The notes under the pieces: generated by a model
What the model was told of the DNA's origin: nothing
Databases searched by the model: none
Seen by the model: only the letters and a program-made list of their open reading frames with translations
NCBI RefSeq assembly: GCF_022045235.1
Contig: NW_027266343.1
Location: 43,400,001-43,464,000 of the forward strand
Direction: 5' to 3'
Origin: Haliotis cracherodii
Taxonomy: Eukaryota
Length of the DNA stretch: 64,000 nt
Program-made: the position numbers and the translations under genes
Shown: positions 26,219 through 38,630 of the stretch, one piece after another
Layout: each line of letters starts with the position of its first letter
Position numbering within the stretch: position 1 is the first letter of the stretch

Positions 26219-27073
26219 TGTTCCGATTCCCAACGGGGATGTCAAGCACGTTAAAGCTCAGCTGAGACAGATGGCAGTTACAGCGATACACATGAAGGAA
26301 ACACCATGAACCTTATCATGTATAGATTAAGAAGTCCCTTCATGCACAGAACTCAGTACCGCCGAGCTCCATGGCAGTGTGTTGACTGACAAAGACAGCG
26401 GCGTGTTGTGATCACTTAAAACGTCAACTCTGTCATTTAAAGCTCTTACGATCATAACGTTCACCATGAATGTCAAAGATATGTAAGTTCATGTCAGAAG
26501 CCGAAAAGGGATATGGCCGACAGACGCCAATTATGATATCTTTATCGCAGTGGATATATGCCCTCGGGAAATTCGCCGTGAACTGGTTCTCTTAATGTAC
26601 GCTGTGTTCGCATTTGTTTATACAGAACTCTGTGCTCGTTCAACACAAACCTCTTGGTATATTCTTCCCCAGGGTATTGGCATTTTCAAATCTGACTTTA
26701 GTGTTTGATTAAACGTTGATTTAAAGCGCAGTTAGCAGTATTCTCGTCACATATTGCCTCCATCCTCGCGTATCCAGGGTGTTATAGCTCCATTCTATTA
26801 TTATATACCCTGGATCCATTCGGCGCCATAGCTTTCGTAAGTGACGTCACCAGCTCAGTCTCTTATCACCCTCGTGCAGCTATTAACCCTTAAGTATTCC
26901 AATCAGGGTTATAATTCAGTCAGTGAGTTCGGTTGAACTTTTATTTTAGTTATATCACGGCGTGTCAGCTTGTAGTGATGCCGTTCCTTGGTGAATCCCA
27001 CGAGCTCGGGTCTGGTGCTGACAAACCAAGAAAACACCATGAGGGGGAATCTGGGATTCGAACACAAGATCAC

Positions 27074-27596
27074 CCTCTTCCCGAGGCAAGGGAGTAAACT
27101 GCCCGAAAAAGTCCAGTTTCCTTACCGAACTTGGCTGGAAATAGTGGGCTTGATAGTAGTGCCACCAGTGGACATTACGAGTTATGTCCCTTCTATGTCC
27201 CTCCTACTGACCAATCAGATTCCACCTCTCACATCGCTTGCATTTGATTCAAACAAAATGGCGGCACCCAGTCAAGACGATCTGACCGATGATCAAAATA
27301 TATTGTCATAAAACGCGCCTAGCGAAATGAATCAAATCACGTGGGCATCTTGGTTAAAAATATGAAAAGAATGGAAAACATCTGTTGACGTCCTGTTGAC
27401 GGTACACATACTCTGCAAATCTTGCAATCGAACGAATTCGGCACGGCGGTTGCCATGTTTACGAACCAGATGTCGATTTCGTTACGCGATTTTGATTCGA
27501 CTATGTATAGTCTTGTTGGTCCAGCCAAAATAATTGCAGCCTAGTTCGGTAAACTGGACTTTGACAGTCAGTTAACTTCCCGGCCACGGGAAGATG
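27074..27596. mobile_element. M1 MITE inserted in a diverged family B SINE (~26920-27620, minus strand)
   Basis: TIRs (c)ctcttcccgaggcaagggag and cttcccggccacgggaagatg; 9-bp TSD caagatcac. Confidence 0.88.
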
Positions 27597-28600
27597 CAAG
27601 ATCACAGGTTTCTGGCACTCGGACTGATTAATCATCAAACATCGTGCATTCACATTCGTAAAGGATCCGTTTCGTTGCCCTGAGTAACAAGTGAGAACAA
27701 CTGAACGACATTCCGTTTATTTACCCAGGTATCGTGTGAGGTTCCCTTACAGCTGAGTGATTGTTATTACTTTTAAATTAGTTCGTTTTATATTAAAATT
27801 GTTTCGAATTCATCCCATTTTATGTTTTAGAAGCTTAAATTGGAAAACAAATATTTAATTAGAACCATTATTCTCGGATTTAAATCGTAAACGCGTCAGG
27901 ATTTAAGTTTTTATAGATGTATGCGCGTGCTTGTGGCGACGTTTTAACGTAAAAATGTCAGCATCGACAAAGAATTCCATCATTTCCGCGTTTTACATTT
28001 TGGCAATAGTCATTTCTTTAAGTTGTAGAGACTTGCGTTCGCCAGACCGTGGAACGTTCAGTTTATCTTGTCGTCGAGTTGGAGACTAGAACAATGTTGA
28101 CGTGTTTATTTCTCAATTTTTGTCATTTTTTAAGCTGGTTCACAATACTACACTGTTTAGCTGTAATCTCGGACAAAATCCGCACAGCTTAAAACAGTGT
28201 TTTCCCCGTCAGCTGAGTCGTCCAGGACTCTCATTTAATAGTGCACCTTCACGTGGGTACTTCCTGATGTATTACACCGGCCATGGGGTTACATCACATG
28301 GTTGATATATATACTTTGTATACGTCCCGGCATGTGATATATGTGTGGCGAAACAGCAGGGTATCTATCTCCCAATGTCATTGCTCCTAGTGACGTCATC
28401 GTGGCTGAAATGGACAACTTTGGCGAACGGGGTCCCGGCGTGTATTGTAAGCTGTTAATGAATTGATGCTACTGTCAAGACATACTGAACTTATTAAAAT
28501 ACATATACTACTTAAAACAAGTTTGAGAACACCTACAGTTGGACGGATGTGTGTTGCAATACCCACCAGCCATGACAGAGTAATTACAGTCACCTGAAGA

Positions 28601-28633
28601 AATCGGATGTTCTTTAACTTCTTTTGAGTAGTA
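28601..28633. mobile_element. Orphan Tc1-like terminal repeat, same as 33429-33463
   Basis: aatcggatgt(t/c)ctttaacttcttttgagtagtata occurs twice in the window. Confidence 0.6.
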
Positions 28634-28766
28634 TATTTCATGACAAAATCTGTTTTGCTCATCCAAGCATATGCGTGTAAATTATGATTGAGTTGAAGAA
28701 CAGATAAGGGTGTGTATTTATGTTATACCATGACCTAATTTGAGGGGAAATGAGGGGACTTAATGA

Positions 28767-29030
28767 TTGGTTTGTTTGTTGTTTAACGCCATACTCAGCA
28801 ATAGTCCAGCTATATGACGGCGGTCGGCAAATAATCTAGTATGGACCAGACAATCCAGTGATTGATATCATGAGCATCGATCCACGCAATTGGGATCGAT
28901 GACATGCATCAACCAAGTCAGCGGGCCTGACCACCCGATCCCGTTAGTCGCCTTTTACGACAAGCATAGTCGCCTTTTACGGCTAGCGTGGGCTGCTGAA
29001 GACATATTCTACCCCGGATCTTCACGGGTC
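28767..29030 (-). mobile_element. Family C, full length
   Basis: TSD ggggac(t)taatga at 28754 and 29031. Confidence 0.93.
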
Positions 29031-29680
29031 GGGGACTAATGAGGATCTTGTGGCTACAATGTCGGACATGACCGATATAGGTGACATCGTGCGCCAGAGG
29101 CATGATATATACTCTGCAAAAAGACCCCGCAAAAGTGATATTAGATGTATGACCAAACATTTTTACAGCCCAACAAGTGATGTTGCACGTACATGTCATG
29201 TAGGCGTGTTTCAGCGCCAGGCTATCACGTGGCTGTGTTTTTTGCATTTTTTCCATCTTTTCACCACATTTCTGCAGTACTTCCTTCTTTCCACAGAAAT
29301 CAATCTCAATCCATGCATAAATGGCCACTTCATTGTCGATATTAATTTTGGATGGATGTAGGCAACACTCTGTCAGATATTGACGATTTTATAACTTTGG
29401 CGTTTCTTTTTTTTCACTCACTCGTAATGTGCAGTGTAGCGGTGATAGATCACATATCCTAATCAGGCCGTATCTTGGATTCAACCCATGGCAAGGGATT
29501 CCGGCATGTCTAAGGGACGCAATCCACACAGGACATTTCAGACCATTGTTACACCCGTGTCCCCTTAGCAGCGTAACAGGGAAATAAAACTGCTATTTGT
29601 TGAAAACATGTCATGACATACGATACGTTTTGCTTAACTTTATTTATCCCACACCAAAACCGCGTTGCTGGATTTAAGAA

Positions 29681-29915
29681 GGGGGCACGGGTGGCCAAGG
29701 CAGCTGAGGCGCCAAAATATGATGTTTAGAGTTGTTTCCATATCCGCCCTATTATGATCATTGGCTTGTCAGCCATATCCTTCATCGTGGATTTCACCAA
29801 AGAGAAAAAAACCTTCAAAGACCGCAACATTTTGGGCCTTCCTCCCACATCAAGCTGACACGCCGTGATATACTGGCAACACGGGCGTTAAACCCAACTC
29901 ACTCACTCACTCACT
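29681..29915 (+). mobile_element. SINE family B, internally deleted and diverged
   Basis: gggggcacgggtggcc head and family B tail. Confidence 0.8.
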
Positions 29916-29964
29916 CTCTGACTGAGAGACACCTATGTCCAGTGGGCTTTCTTCCAAAGTTATA

Positions 29965-30128
29965 GGGGCGTTGGGGTAGCCTAGTGGTTAAAGCGTTGGC
30001 TTGTTACGCCGAAGACCCGGGTTCGATTCCCAACATGGGTACAATGTGTAAAGGCAATGTCTGGTGTTCCCCGCCGTGATAATACTAAAATATTGCTAAA
30101 AGCGGCGTAAAACCATACTCACTCACTC
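29965..30128 (+). mobile_element. SINE family A
   Basis: Consensus match. Confidence 0.92.
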
Positions 30129-30158
30129 CTACGTTATAACTTACCACTGATTTAACAG

Positions 30159-30441
30159 TGAGTGAGTGAGTGAGTTGGGTTTAACGCCGCTTTTAACAGT
30201 ATTCCAGTTGTATCACGGCGTGTCAGCTTAATGTGGGAGGAAAGCCCGAACTGATGCAGGTCTCAGATGTTTACCACTTCAGTGAAACCCACGAGCACGG
30301 GTATGGTGCTGACAAACCTAGAAACATAATTGGGGCGAACCGGGATTCGAACCCACAATCATAGGTTTCTGGCGTGCCCAAGGGACGCAACTCTGCACAG
30401 CGAATCGCAAAGCCTTAGACGACTGGGCCACCCGTGCCCCC
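30159..30441 (-). mobile_element. SINE family B, full length, young
   Basis: 12-bp TSD ctgatttaacag. Confidence 0.95.
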
Positions 30442-31494
30442 CTGATTTAACAGACATGCACCTTATAAGACCATTATTGTGTGTTCTTTCTCATATTCTG
30501 TCACGTTCGAACGAAATGGAAGCCGAAAATTCAAGAACTTACACCAACGCCACCACCAGCTGGTGAAAAGTGCTCACCTCGCGTTTCGTTTTGCCTTAAA
30601 ACTACAACTGTCTGAGCCTCAAATCAATCACTCACTCCGTGTTGCATAAGAATGCGTGAGAAATCCTTTCCCAAACTCGATTCGTATTTTGCGTGTTGAC
30701 AATAATGGACCTTATGAATATGAACATATGACGAACACCATTAAAATGACAGAACACCCCATCTCATTATCTCAGAATATTACGAGGTTTTTTCTTTTAT
30801 AAAAACTAAAACTACACGGACGAAACGGAGTATCTGTCTTGTAGTCCTGATAGGCCTTTGTCTGGTATGGTCATGCTCGTTACACAGATATTTTGAAAGT
30901 CAAATGAGGCCACCATGACTGGAGTGACCACACGTGGATTATTGTTCAATTATGTCGAGCTTTCTGAACTCTCTCGGTAATCCGCAATCTCAATACACGT
31001 CTAAATGCGCACACTATACATGAATATTCAGCAGGGACCAATGGGAGCGATTCCAAAGCTTTTGGGACCAAAATATGGTTGGTCCGAGATGAGATGTCAC
31101 CGTCCGCTGGTTCCAGTTTAAATGATGCATTGTCTTTTACATTTGGTTTGTGTTTAATGTAGTCATTCATAAAAGTTAAACAAATATGCATGTTATGCAG
31201 AGTTACGTTGAGGGTAGCGCACACGGAACTAGACGTTCGTAACAAATTATGTACGAGCCATCGATGCTGGCAAGTATCATTATTTGTAACGTTTGTCCAG
31301 TAACGTGTGTGTTAACTGACTAAAAATACAGCATCAAAGTAACAAAATACTGCTAATTCAGATTAAAAATACAACCTGAAAGTTAAAATGAATCATTGAA
31401 TATTTGAAAAATAACACAAATATGCTGCACAGAAATTCCATGCAGTCCATTCGTAATACATGAGAATCTTTTCCTTCCCGCTTCGATATTCGTG

Positions 31495-31632
31495 CTGCAT
31501 TTGAACAAGCCCGTATATTAGTACTGCACGTGCATTTTGTGTTATTTGATCGTTTAGCCCGTATATTCGTACTGCATGGGCATTTTGTGCTATTTGATCG
31601 TTGTAGCCCGTATATTCGTGATGCACGTGCTT
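31495..31632. repeat. ~48-49-bp tandem repeat, about 3 copies
   Basis: gcccgtatatt recurs at 31509, 31557 and 31606. Confidence 0.8.
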
Positions 31633-32885
31633 GGAATTAATGCATGATATAATATTTGCATTGCAGACATTAGGTCAGTAAACTGTCAATTCGCAACAGA
31701 TACTCAATGATACAATGATGTCAAAGATGTATTATAAATATTGACAACACTAAAATCGGGAATACAGCAAAATTTGTCACTTGTTGACATGCACGTGCTG
31801 AAGGCTGCACGTGATCCATGAAACAATTTCCATTTGATTGTCAGAAAAAAAAGAAGTTTTATATATATCGACTAGTACCCTTACCTGCAATCCGATCATA
31901 AATAAAAGCATTTTCATTCATGTAGGCCTATAAATGTTAATATGCTTTGAAAGGGGTGGGTGGGGCGATATTCAAACCTCACTCACTCCAAAGCGGGGGA
32001 ACACCGTTTCTCACCGTTGCTTGAATAGAACCCTGTTGACTGCACGGTAAACACGATTCATTTCAGGAAGTCTAATTGTCAGTCTGACACATGACACTAC
32101 ATTGTGAAATTTACTATTAAATATGTTTAAATAGTTGCATAATCCTAAAAGCTAAAAATACAATATGTATATAATGTTGTGTTACAGCTGGTTACCTATA
32201 ACAATGTTCATTTTTAAAGCAATCAGATAAACCTGTGACGAGGGAGAAAAACAAACATCATATCCTTGTTCAGGGCTCTATAATTTCCTACAATCCCGTT
32301 AGCATGTATTTTCAACGTTCAAGCGATTGACAAGTTACGGACCCCATGAAATTATGAAGAGCCGTGTTCCATGCATTGTAGATATCAGCTCGCGGCGGAG
32401 CTTGGTGCACGTGCAACAGCAGCAGAGAACGTATTCCTCGTGCATCACGCCAGGGCGACTCCCACAGTATAAACACAGTCTTCAAGGAAACCTTGTTTAT
32501 TTTTCAAATATTTTCCACAAGAGAGGGTTTTGTAAGTGTAAAAGTGGGATTGTGTTTTAAGTAGGATTGTGTTGTAGGTAGGGGAATATCCTCGTAACTC
32601 TCCATTCCTTAAAAATATTGGTCCTCGGACGCTGCGGGGCCTCGACTCCATTATTTTAAGGAAAAGAGAGTGATTGGGACATTCCTCTCTACTTACTGCT
32701 GTCTGTCTGTCATGCCTTGCACACCATATTATGCCATGGTAGATTAACTATAGTAATATGAAAGAATCAGGTGGTCCACGAGTTCTTTTGGGTAGTATAA
32801 GTGTTACCCTTGTGATCGGCATCATGCATCCACTTAATGACCGGGCCTCGGTCCGCCCTGATTAGGATCCTTGACTGTCAGAAAG

Positions 32886-33144
32886 CCCGTGAAGATCCGG
32901 GGTAGAATAGGACTTCAGCAACCCATGCTTGCCGTAAAAGGCAACTATGCTTGCCGTAAGAGGCGACTAACGGGATCGGGTGGTTGATGCTTGTTGCTGC
33001 ATGTCATCGTATCCCATCTGCGTAGATCGGTGTTCGTGGTGTTAATAACTGGATTGTCTTTTTCAGATTCGATTATTTACAGACCGCCGTCAACTAGCTG
33101 GTATATAGCTGAGTGCGGCGTTAAACAAACAAACAAACAAACAA
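32886..33144 (+). mobile_element. Family C
   Basis: Full head with duplicated gtcgtaa.aggcgact module; (AAAC)n tail. Confidence 0.9.
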
Positions 33145-33369
33145 GTCAGCAGCGTATCCATACATGTTCACGGATTTCACCAAAGTGGTAAACGTCTCCG
33201 ACTGTCGTCACCTTTAGCTTCGGCTACCACATTAATCTGACAAGCCTTCACATAACTACTGTTTAAGGTTGCACCGCACCTCTCTCGCTCTTCTAACGTC
33301 AAGTTTTAAGAACTTTGGACCTAATGTGCACTTCCATTAACGAAAATGTAATGCAAATACACCGATCGT

Positions 33370-33428
33370 TTTCATATTACTATTGTTAACCTGTCATGTC
33401 ATGACAGATTAACAATAGTAATATGAAA
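33370..33428. repeat. Near-perfect palindrome (29-bp arms, 1 mismatch, 1-nt spacer) next to a Tc1-like terminus
   Basis: tttcatattactattgttaacctgtcatg-t-catgacagattaacaatagtaatatgaaa. Confidence 0.9.
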
Positions 33429-34288
33429 GAATCGGATGTCCTTTAACTTCTTTTGAGTAGTATACGATGACACCGGGTGTCGTGTTAATAACGATCGTCT
33501 CAGATCCCCAATGATTGTTATTTTTCTAAAAAAAACGGTTTCTTAAAGATTATATCACAGCGAAACGATCCCTTTAAGAGAAGTTAAGCGACTTGTTAAG
33601 TACATGCCTAGCTTCCCTTCGGTCTTTTCATCAGACATGTTTATGACATTGATGATGGTACATAAGTGCACTTATCGGCCGTGATATGACAAACAGGTGA
33701 CCCAGGAATTCACCAACAGCACGGAGGACACGCGTTAAATGCCGAGTACCTCAAACCGCCACGCCGAGATACCGTTATAGCCCCCTCAAGGTCACGTTAA
33801 GCCGTGCATTCCCATCTGAATCATCCGGGCACTGTGCACGAGCAATGACCATTTGGTCCCGGACTAATCGTGCAACCGAGAGCACTACAACTCCCTGCTG
33901 AAAGTCTCGACACTTCACTTGGCACATTTATCCTGTTCTCGTGGAAACCATGGTTATAAAATTCTCAGTTTCGTCACCTGACTGGACGTTGGTGTATATT
34001 ACGGAGGGACGGAAACCAAATTAGCATCACAGGTGTTAATGACACATCATCTGTCCGTGTTAATTAGCCTGTTCATCTAGCTAATGAATGCCAACTTGGC
34101 ACATTTGACACCGAGTCTAAAGGCCGCTGAAAGTAATTATTTTTCAATGACCATGAAAATCGTCGATGCCTTTGTGTGTTGGTCCTGTTTCCTCATCATT
34201 GTCCGCTATGGTGGCGAGTGCTGTGGAGAGGAGCAGGGATTAAATAAGTAGGTTCACACTACATGTTTATACCCTGTTTATGGTAGGA

Positions 34289-34643
34289 GGGGCGGTGGGG
34301 TAGCTTAGTGGTTAAAGCGTTCGCTCGCCACGCTGAAGACAAGGGTTCGTTTCCCCACATGGGTACAATGTGTGACGCCCATCTCTGGTGCCCCCTGTAA
34401 TATTACTGTACAATTTCTTGACGAGGTGTAAAATTATTATTATTATTATTATTATTTTTATTATTTTTATTATTATTATTACTATAAGCATAGTGGTTAA
34501 AGCGCTCGCCTGTCACCTCGAATGTCCAGGTTCACTTCCCATGTAAGTAGGATGTGTAATGTCCATTGGCGTGTTTGCCACCGTGAAATTGCAGAAATAT
34601 TGCTGACAGCGGCGTAAAACCAAACTGACACACTCACTCACTC
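34289..34643 (+). mobile_element. Two diverged family A SINEs separated by (ATT)n
   Basis: Heads at ~34289 and ~34490. Confidence 0.8.
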
Positions 34644-34898
34644 CTTGGAGATTTGATCTGCAGGTCGTGCGAGGCGACTCGATGGATCGGATGGTCAGAC
34701 TCTGTGTATTTTTTGATTGCGTGTCATCGTACCCCGACAGCATGGGACGGTGATCATATCAAACACTGGTTTGCCATATATATGATAATGAAGCTTAAAA
34801 CTTCTGACTGCTGCGTTAAAGGATAAACAAAAAGATACTTGATGATTCCGGGGCAGAGTAGGGACCGATTATTCAATTATTGTAGTCTTAAATGAGGA

Positions 34899-35167
34899 GA
34901 CCCGTGAAGAGCCGAGTTAGAATAGGTCTTCAGCAACCAATGCTTGCCGTGAAAGGCGAATATGCTTGTCGTAAGAGGCGACTAACTGGATCGGGTGGTC
35001 AAGCTCGCTGAATGGGTTGATGCATGTCATCGTATCCAAAAAGCGTAAATCGATGCTCATGATGTCAATCACTGGATCGTCTGGTCCAGACTCGACTATT
35101 TACAGACCGCTGTCATAAAGCTGGTGTATTGCTGATTGCGGCTATAAACAACAAACAAACACAAAAA
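34899..35167 (+). mobile_element. Family C, full length
   Basis: Consensus match; decayed TSD cttaaatgagga / cttgaacgagga. Confidence 0.9.
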
Positions 35168-35564
35168 CTTGAACGAGGATCGGGGGGTTACAAAGTGTGA
35201 TCTGGCTGACAATGTATCATCTCACCCGACACGACATGCTCTTGTCAATCATTGGTTTGTCTGGCCCAGACTCGAATATTCACAGACCTTTTATCAGATC
35301 ATAAATGCAACCAATGTTCGATCAGTCCATGTCAGTTGTAATGCTCTCAATCACCAAGTTTTGATTCCAACAATATAACCCTATCTATGAGATACACGGC
35401 TCTTCACACATACTTTCTATGTGATTTACAGTTGGTACAGTTTCTGGGTTGCAAAGAGTCCCCAGTCCTCTCACAAATATAACTCCCAGCAATGTCATAT
35501 GTAAATTTTGTGGTATTGATGAGAATATGGCACCGAATAGGATCGACTTCGTAAGTAAGTATTG

Positions 35565-35800
35565 GAGGCACGGGTAGTATGGTTGTACATCTCTGTGAAG
35601 AGTTGCGCCAGGAACCTATGATTGGGTTCGCATCCCGGTTCTCCCTGATTGTTTCTGAGTTTGTCAGCACCATCTCGTGCTTGTAGTTCCAGCCAGTGGT
35701 AGGTGACTAAGACCTGCATCACTTCGGGGTTTCCTCCCACATCACGCCGTGCTATAACTGAAGTACTGTTCAATGCGGCGTTAAACCAGATTCACTCTCA
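35565..35800 (+). mobile_element. SINE family B, older copy
   Basis: Diverged collinear match. Confidence 0.85.
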
Positions 35801-35805
35801 TATAT

Positions 35806-36085
35806 GGGGGCACGGGTGGCCCAGTCGTCTTAGGCGTTGCGATTCGCTGTGAAGAGTTGCGTCCCTTGGGCACGCCAGAAACATATGATTATGGGTTCGA
35901 ATCCCGGTTCGCCCCGATTATGTTTCCAGGTTTGTCAGCACCATACCCGTGCTCGTGGGTTTCACCGAAGTGGTAAACGTCAGAGACCTGCATCACTTCG
36001 GGCTTTCCTCCCACATTAAGCTGACACACCGCGATATAACTGGAATACAGTTAAAAGCGGCGTTAAACCCAACTCACTCACTCAC
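35806..36085 (+). mobile_element. SINE family B, young, inserted at the tail of the older copy
   Basis: TSD tcactctcatatat at 35792 and 36082. Confidence 0.95.
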
Positions 36086-37483
36086 TCTCATATATATTGT
36101 TTCGACTAATGCTTAATCCCAGGTTAACTTCATTGTGGCGGTACTGATAAAGTTAAACATCGACGACATCGTGTATTTCAGAAATAAGAGTTCTTACCTT
36201 CCAACAGCTCTCTTTAGGAGCAAAAAGTACACTCGGCTTTCAAACTCAAGACGTCAGCACAGCTGCGCGGAGTGGAGGACTTGCGCACTGGGATTTGAAA
36301 CGATAAAAAAATACAAATATTGACCTTCACTGTGAAAATGATATCGATTTTATAAGTAGCGAGAAAGTAAATTGATGGCGTTTGTATAAATACATTTTAA
36401 GGTCAGCATGATTTAACAGAAGAATAAGAGTAATAAAACTTTCAAACTGACTAACATTTAAGCTGATATACTGCCAAATCGTGCAAGACACTAAGTCACT
36501 TGTCTGTTTCAAGAAAACAAAGATGATATGCGAGTAAACCTTATGTTAGCCTGCAAACAGCATTGTTGTTGTTTTCCTTCCACGTGGAACTATTTTCTAC
36601 ATTGTTATCTCAAAAAATGAAAATCGAAATATCGAGTTCAATCTCCCATACGAATATGAATAGAGACAAAAATACTTATTTTCTTCGAACAAATCTTCTT
36701 TTAGACTTAGAGTACGTTGGGGAATTGTCTGCCCAATTCATCACAAAAGAGCGATATTGATGTGCTTTTTCATCAAAAACAGTCTCGAAGAGCGTTTTAT
36801 AGGCATATAGATCCCACGAGATTTCAAGGGGAAGTTCCGCCGAGTCGTAACCTAAATGTAACAACCATCAGCCGACGAGCAGAACTGAAATGAGTGTCGG
36901 ATATTTTTCCGGAGTTGATATAAAACCAAAAGTGATTGCTGTGTTCAGGCTCATTGATCAAAATGGCCATGAGAGATTTGAGCCAAGCGTCAGTGGCAAT
37001 TTGACATTCACAATAAGACATTTTTACGGCTTGCTGAGGGGAAGTAGTATGGTTGTACATCAATTTGACGACCGGTTATTCAGTTTAGTAGCACTCGGGT
37101 CCGCTCGGCTCATTCCGCTGCACACTTTATACCTCGGACAGAAATGGAGTAGTGATACTGCTGTAAACCGTGTAACGACAGATACCTCCGCATATAGTTC
37201 GTATAACATCACGGTGGTTTTGTAAGACAGGATTAACTCCGCATACCACAAATTAGGCATACAGTTATTCAAAAACTAAAGCAAACGGAAACAGTTTTAA
37301 AAGTTATGAGGTTCACGGATGCCGTCAGTTTGTGTTGTCATGTGATAGTCACGTGACCGAATCTAGTTCAGCTGTGGATTCCTGCCAGTGGATCCGAGGT
37401 TCGAGTAAGTTTTGACTAGGTCCCTGGGCTTGACGCTACGAAATTTACATTCAAACAATCCTGTTGTACAACATATTCTCAGA

Positions 37484-37735
37484 GTGTTGGATAGAGCGCC
37501 TGCCCGGAGAGGGAAGATCGATGGTTCGAGCCCCTGACTGCGTTATAACAAAAGACGTTAAAAATATGGTACTTTTTGTTACCCTGCCTGGCATTTCGCA
37601 TTTAGGAGATAAGGAGACTGGTCGGATCGGAGTCAATACAATTATTAATGTGTCTGGGTTGGGTATCCATGTTTAACTGCGGCATGGTATCTCAGTGTAC
37701 TATGTGCCGGCGTCCGGACTAGTACAAGCAGCCAT

Positions 37736-37766
<31 letters not shown>

Positions 37767-37820
37767 CATCGCTATATAAGTGCAGCAATCTTGAACGCGA
37801 TGAACCCCATTTCACCTCAC
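37484..37820 (+). mobile_element. SINE family D, diverged, with internal (GCAC)n expansion
   Basis: Collinear with 23273-23617. Confidence 0.88.
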
Positions 37821-38009
37821 ATCAGATGAGTGTCACCTTCAGGTTACAACGACTCAGCTCCCGTCACAACTTCACATGGTTGAACGCAGCATGAACCCAA
37901 CCTGGAGGCTGTTGACGTAACAACCATCCATATTTGTCTTAATTACGTTATTGACGTGGATACTAATTAACAAAGCAGTCTAGGTTTGTCTAATTAAACG
38001 CCGAGAGAC

Positions 38010-38630
38010 GTTACTGTATATCCCTTACTACGACGTAGACAACACCGTTGTGCTAAGATCGCTTTGTGGAACCAGCCCTGTGCCACAGTGATGTTAGCAC
38101 AACAACAGTTACTGTGTATCCCTTACTACAACGTAGACTACACCGCTGTGCTAAGATCGCTTTGTGGAACAGCCCTGTGCCAAAGTGATGTTAGCACAAC
38201 AACAGTTACAGAATATCTCTTACTATAACGTAGGCTACACCGCTATGCTAAGATCGCTTTGTGGAACCAGCCCTGTGCCACAGTGATGTCAGCACAACAA
38301 CAGTTACTGTGTATCCCTTACTATACCGCTGTGCTAAGATCGCTTTGTGGAACCAGCCCTGTGCCACAGTGACGTTAGCACAACAGTTACTGTGTATCCC
38401 TTACTACAACGTAGACAACTACGCTGTGCTAAGATCACTGTGGAACCAGCCCTGTGCCACAGTGATGTCAGCACAACAACAGTTACTGTGTATCCCTTAC
38501 TACACCACTCTGCTAAGATCGTTTTGTGGAGCCAGCCCTGTGCCACAGTGATGTTAGCACAACAACAGTTACTGTATACTCCTTACTACAACGAAGACTA
38601 CACCGCTGTGCTAAGATCGCTTTGTGGAAC
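38010..38630. repeat. 84-98-bp tandem array (~6.5 units) containing the M2 MITE terminus
   Basis: gctaagatc(g) unit starts at 38052, 38150, 38247, 38333, 38428, 38512 and 38610. Confidence 0.92.

Noticed and set aside
28935-29030. Canonical HDV-like ribozyme assignment for the family C head
   Set aside because: There is no room for P2, P3 and L3 between the strands of the candidate P1, so it is kept only as an unclassified structured RNA.
38010-38630. CRISPR-like repeat spacing
   Set aside because: The intervening sequences are themselves repeated, there are no cas genes, and the context is eukaryotic.
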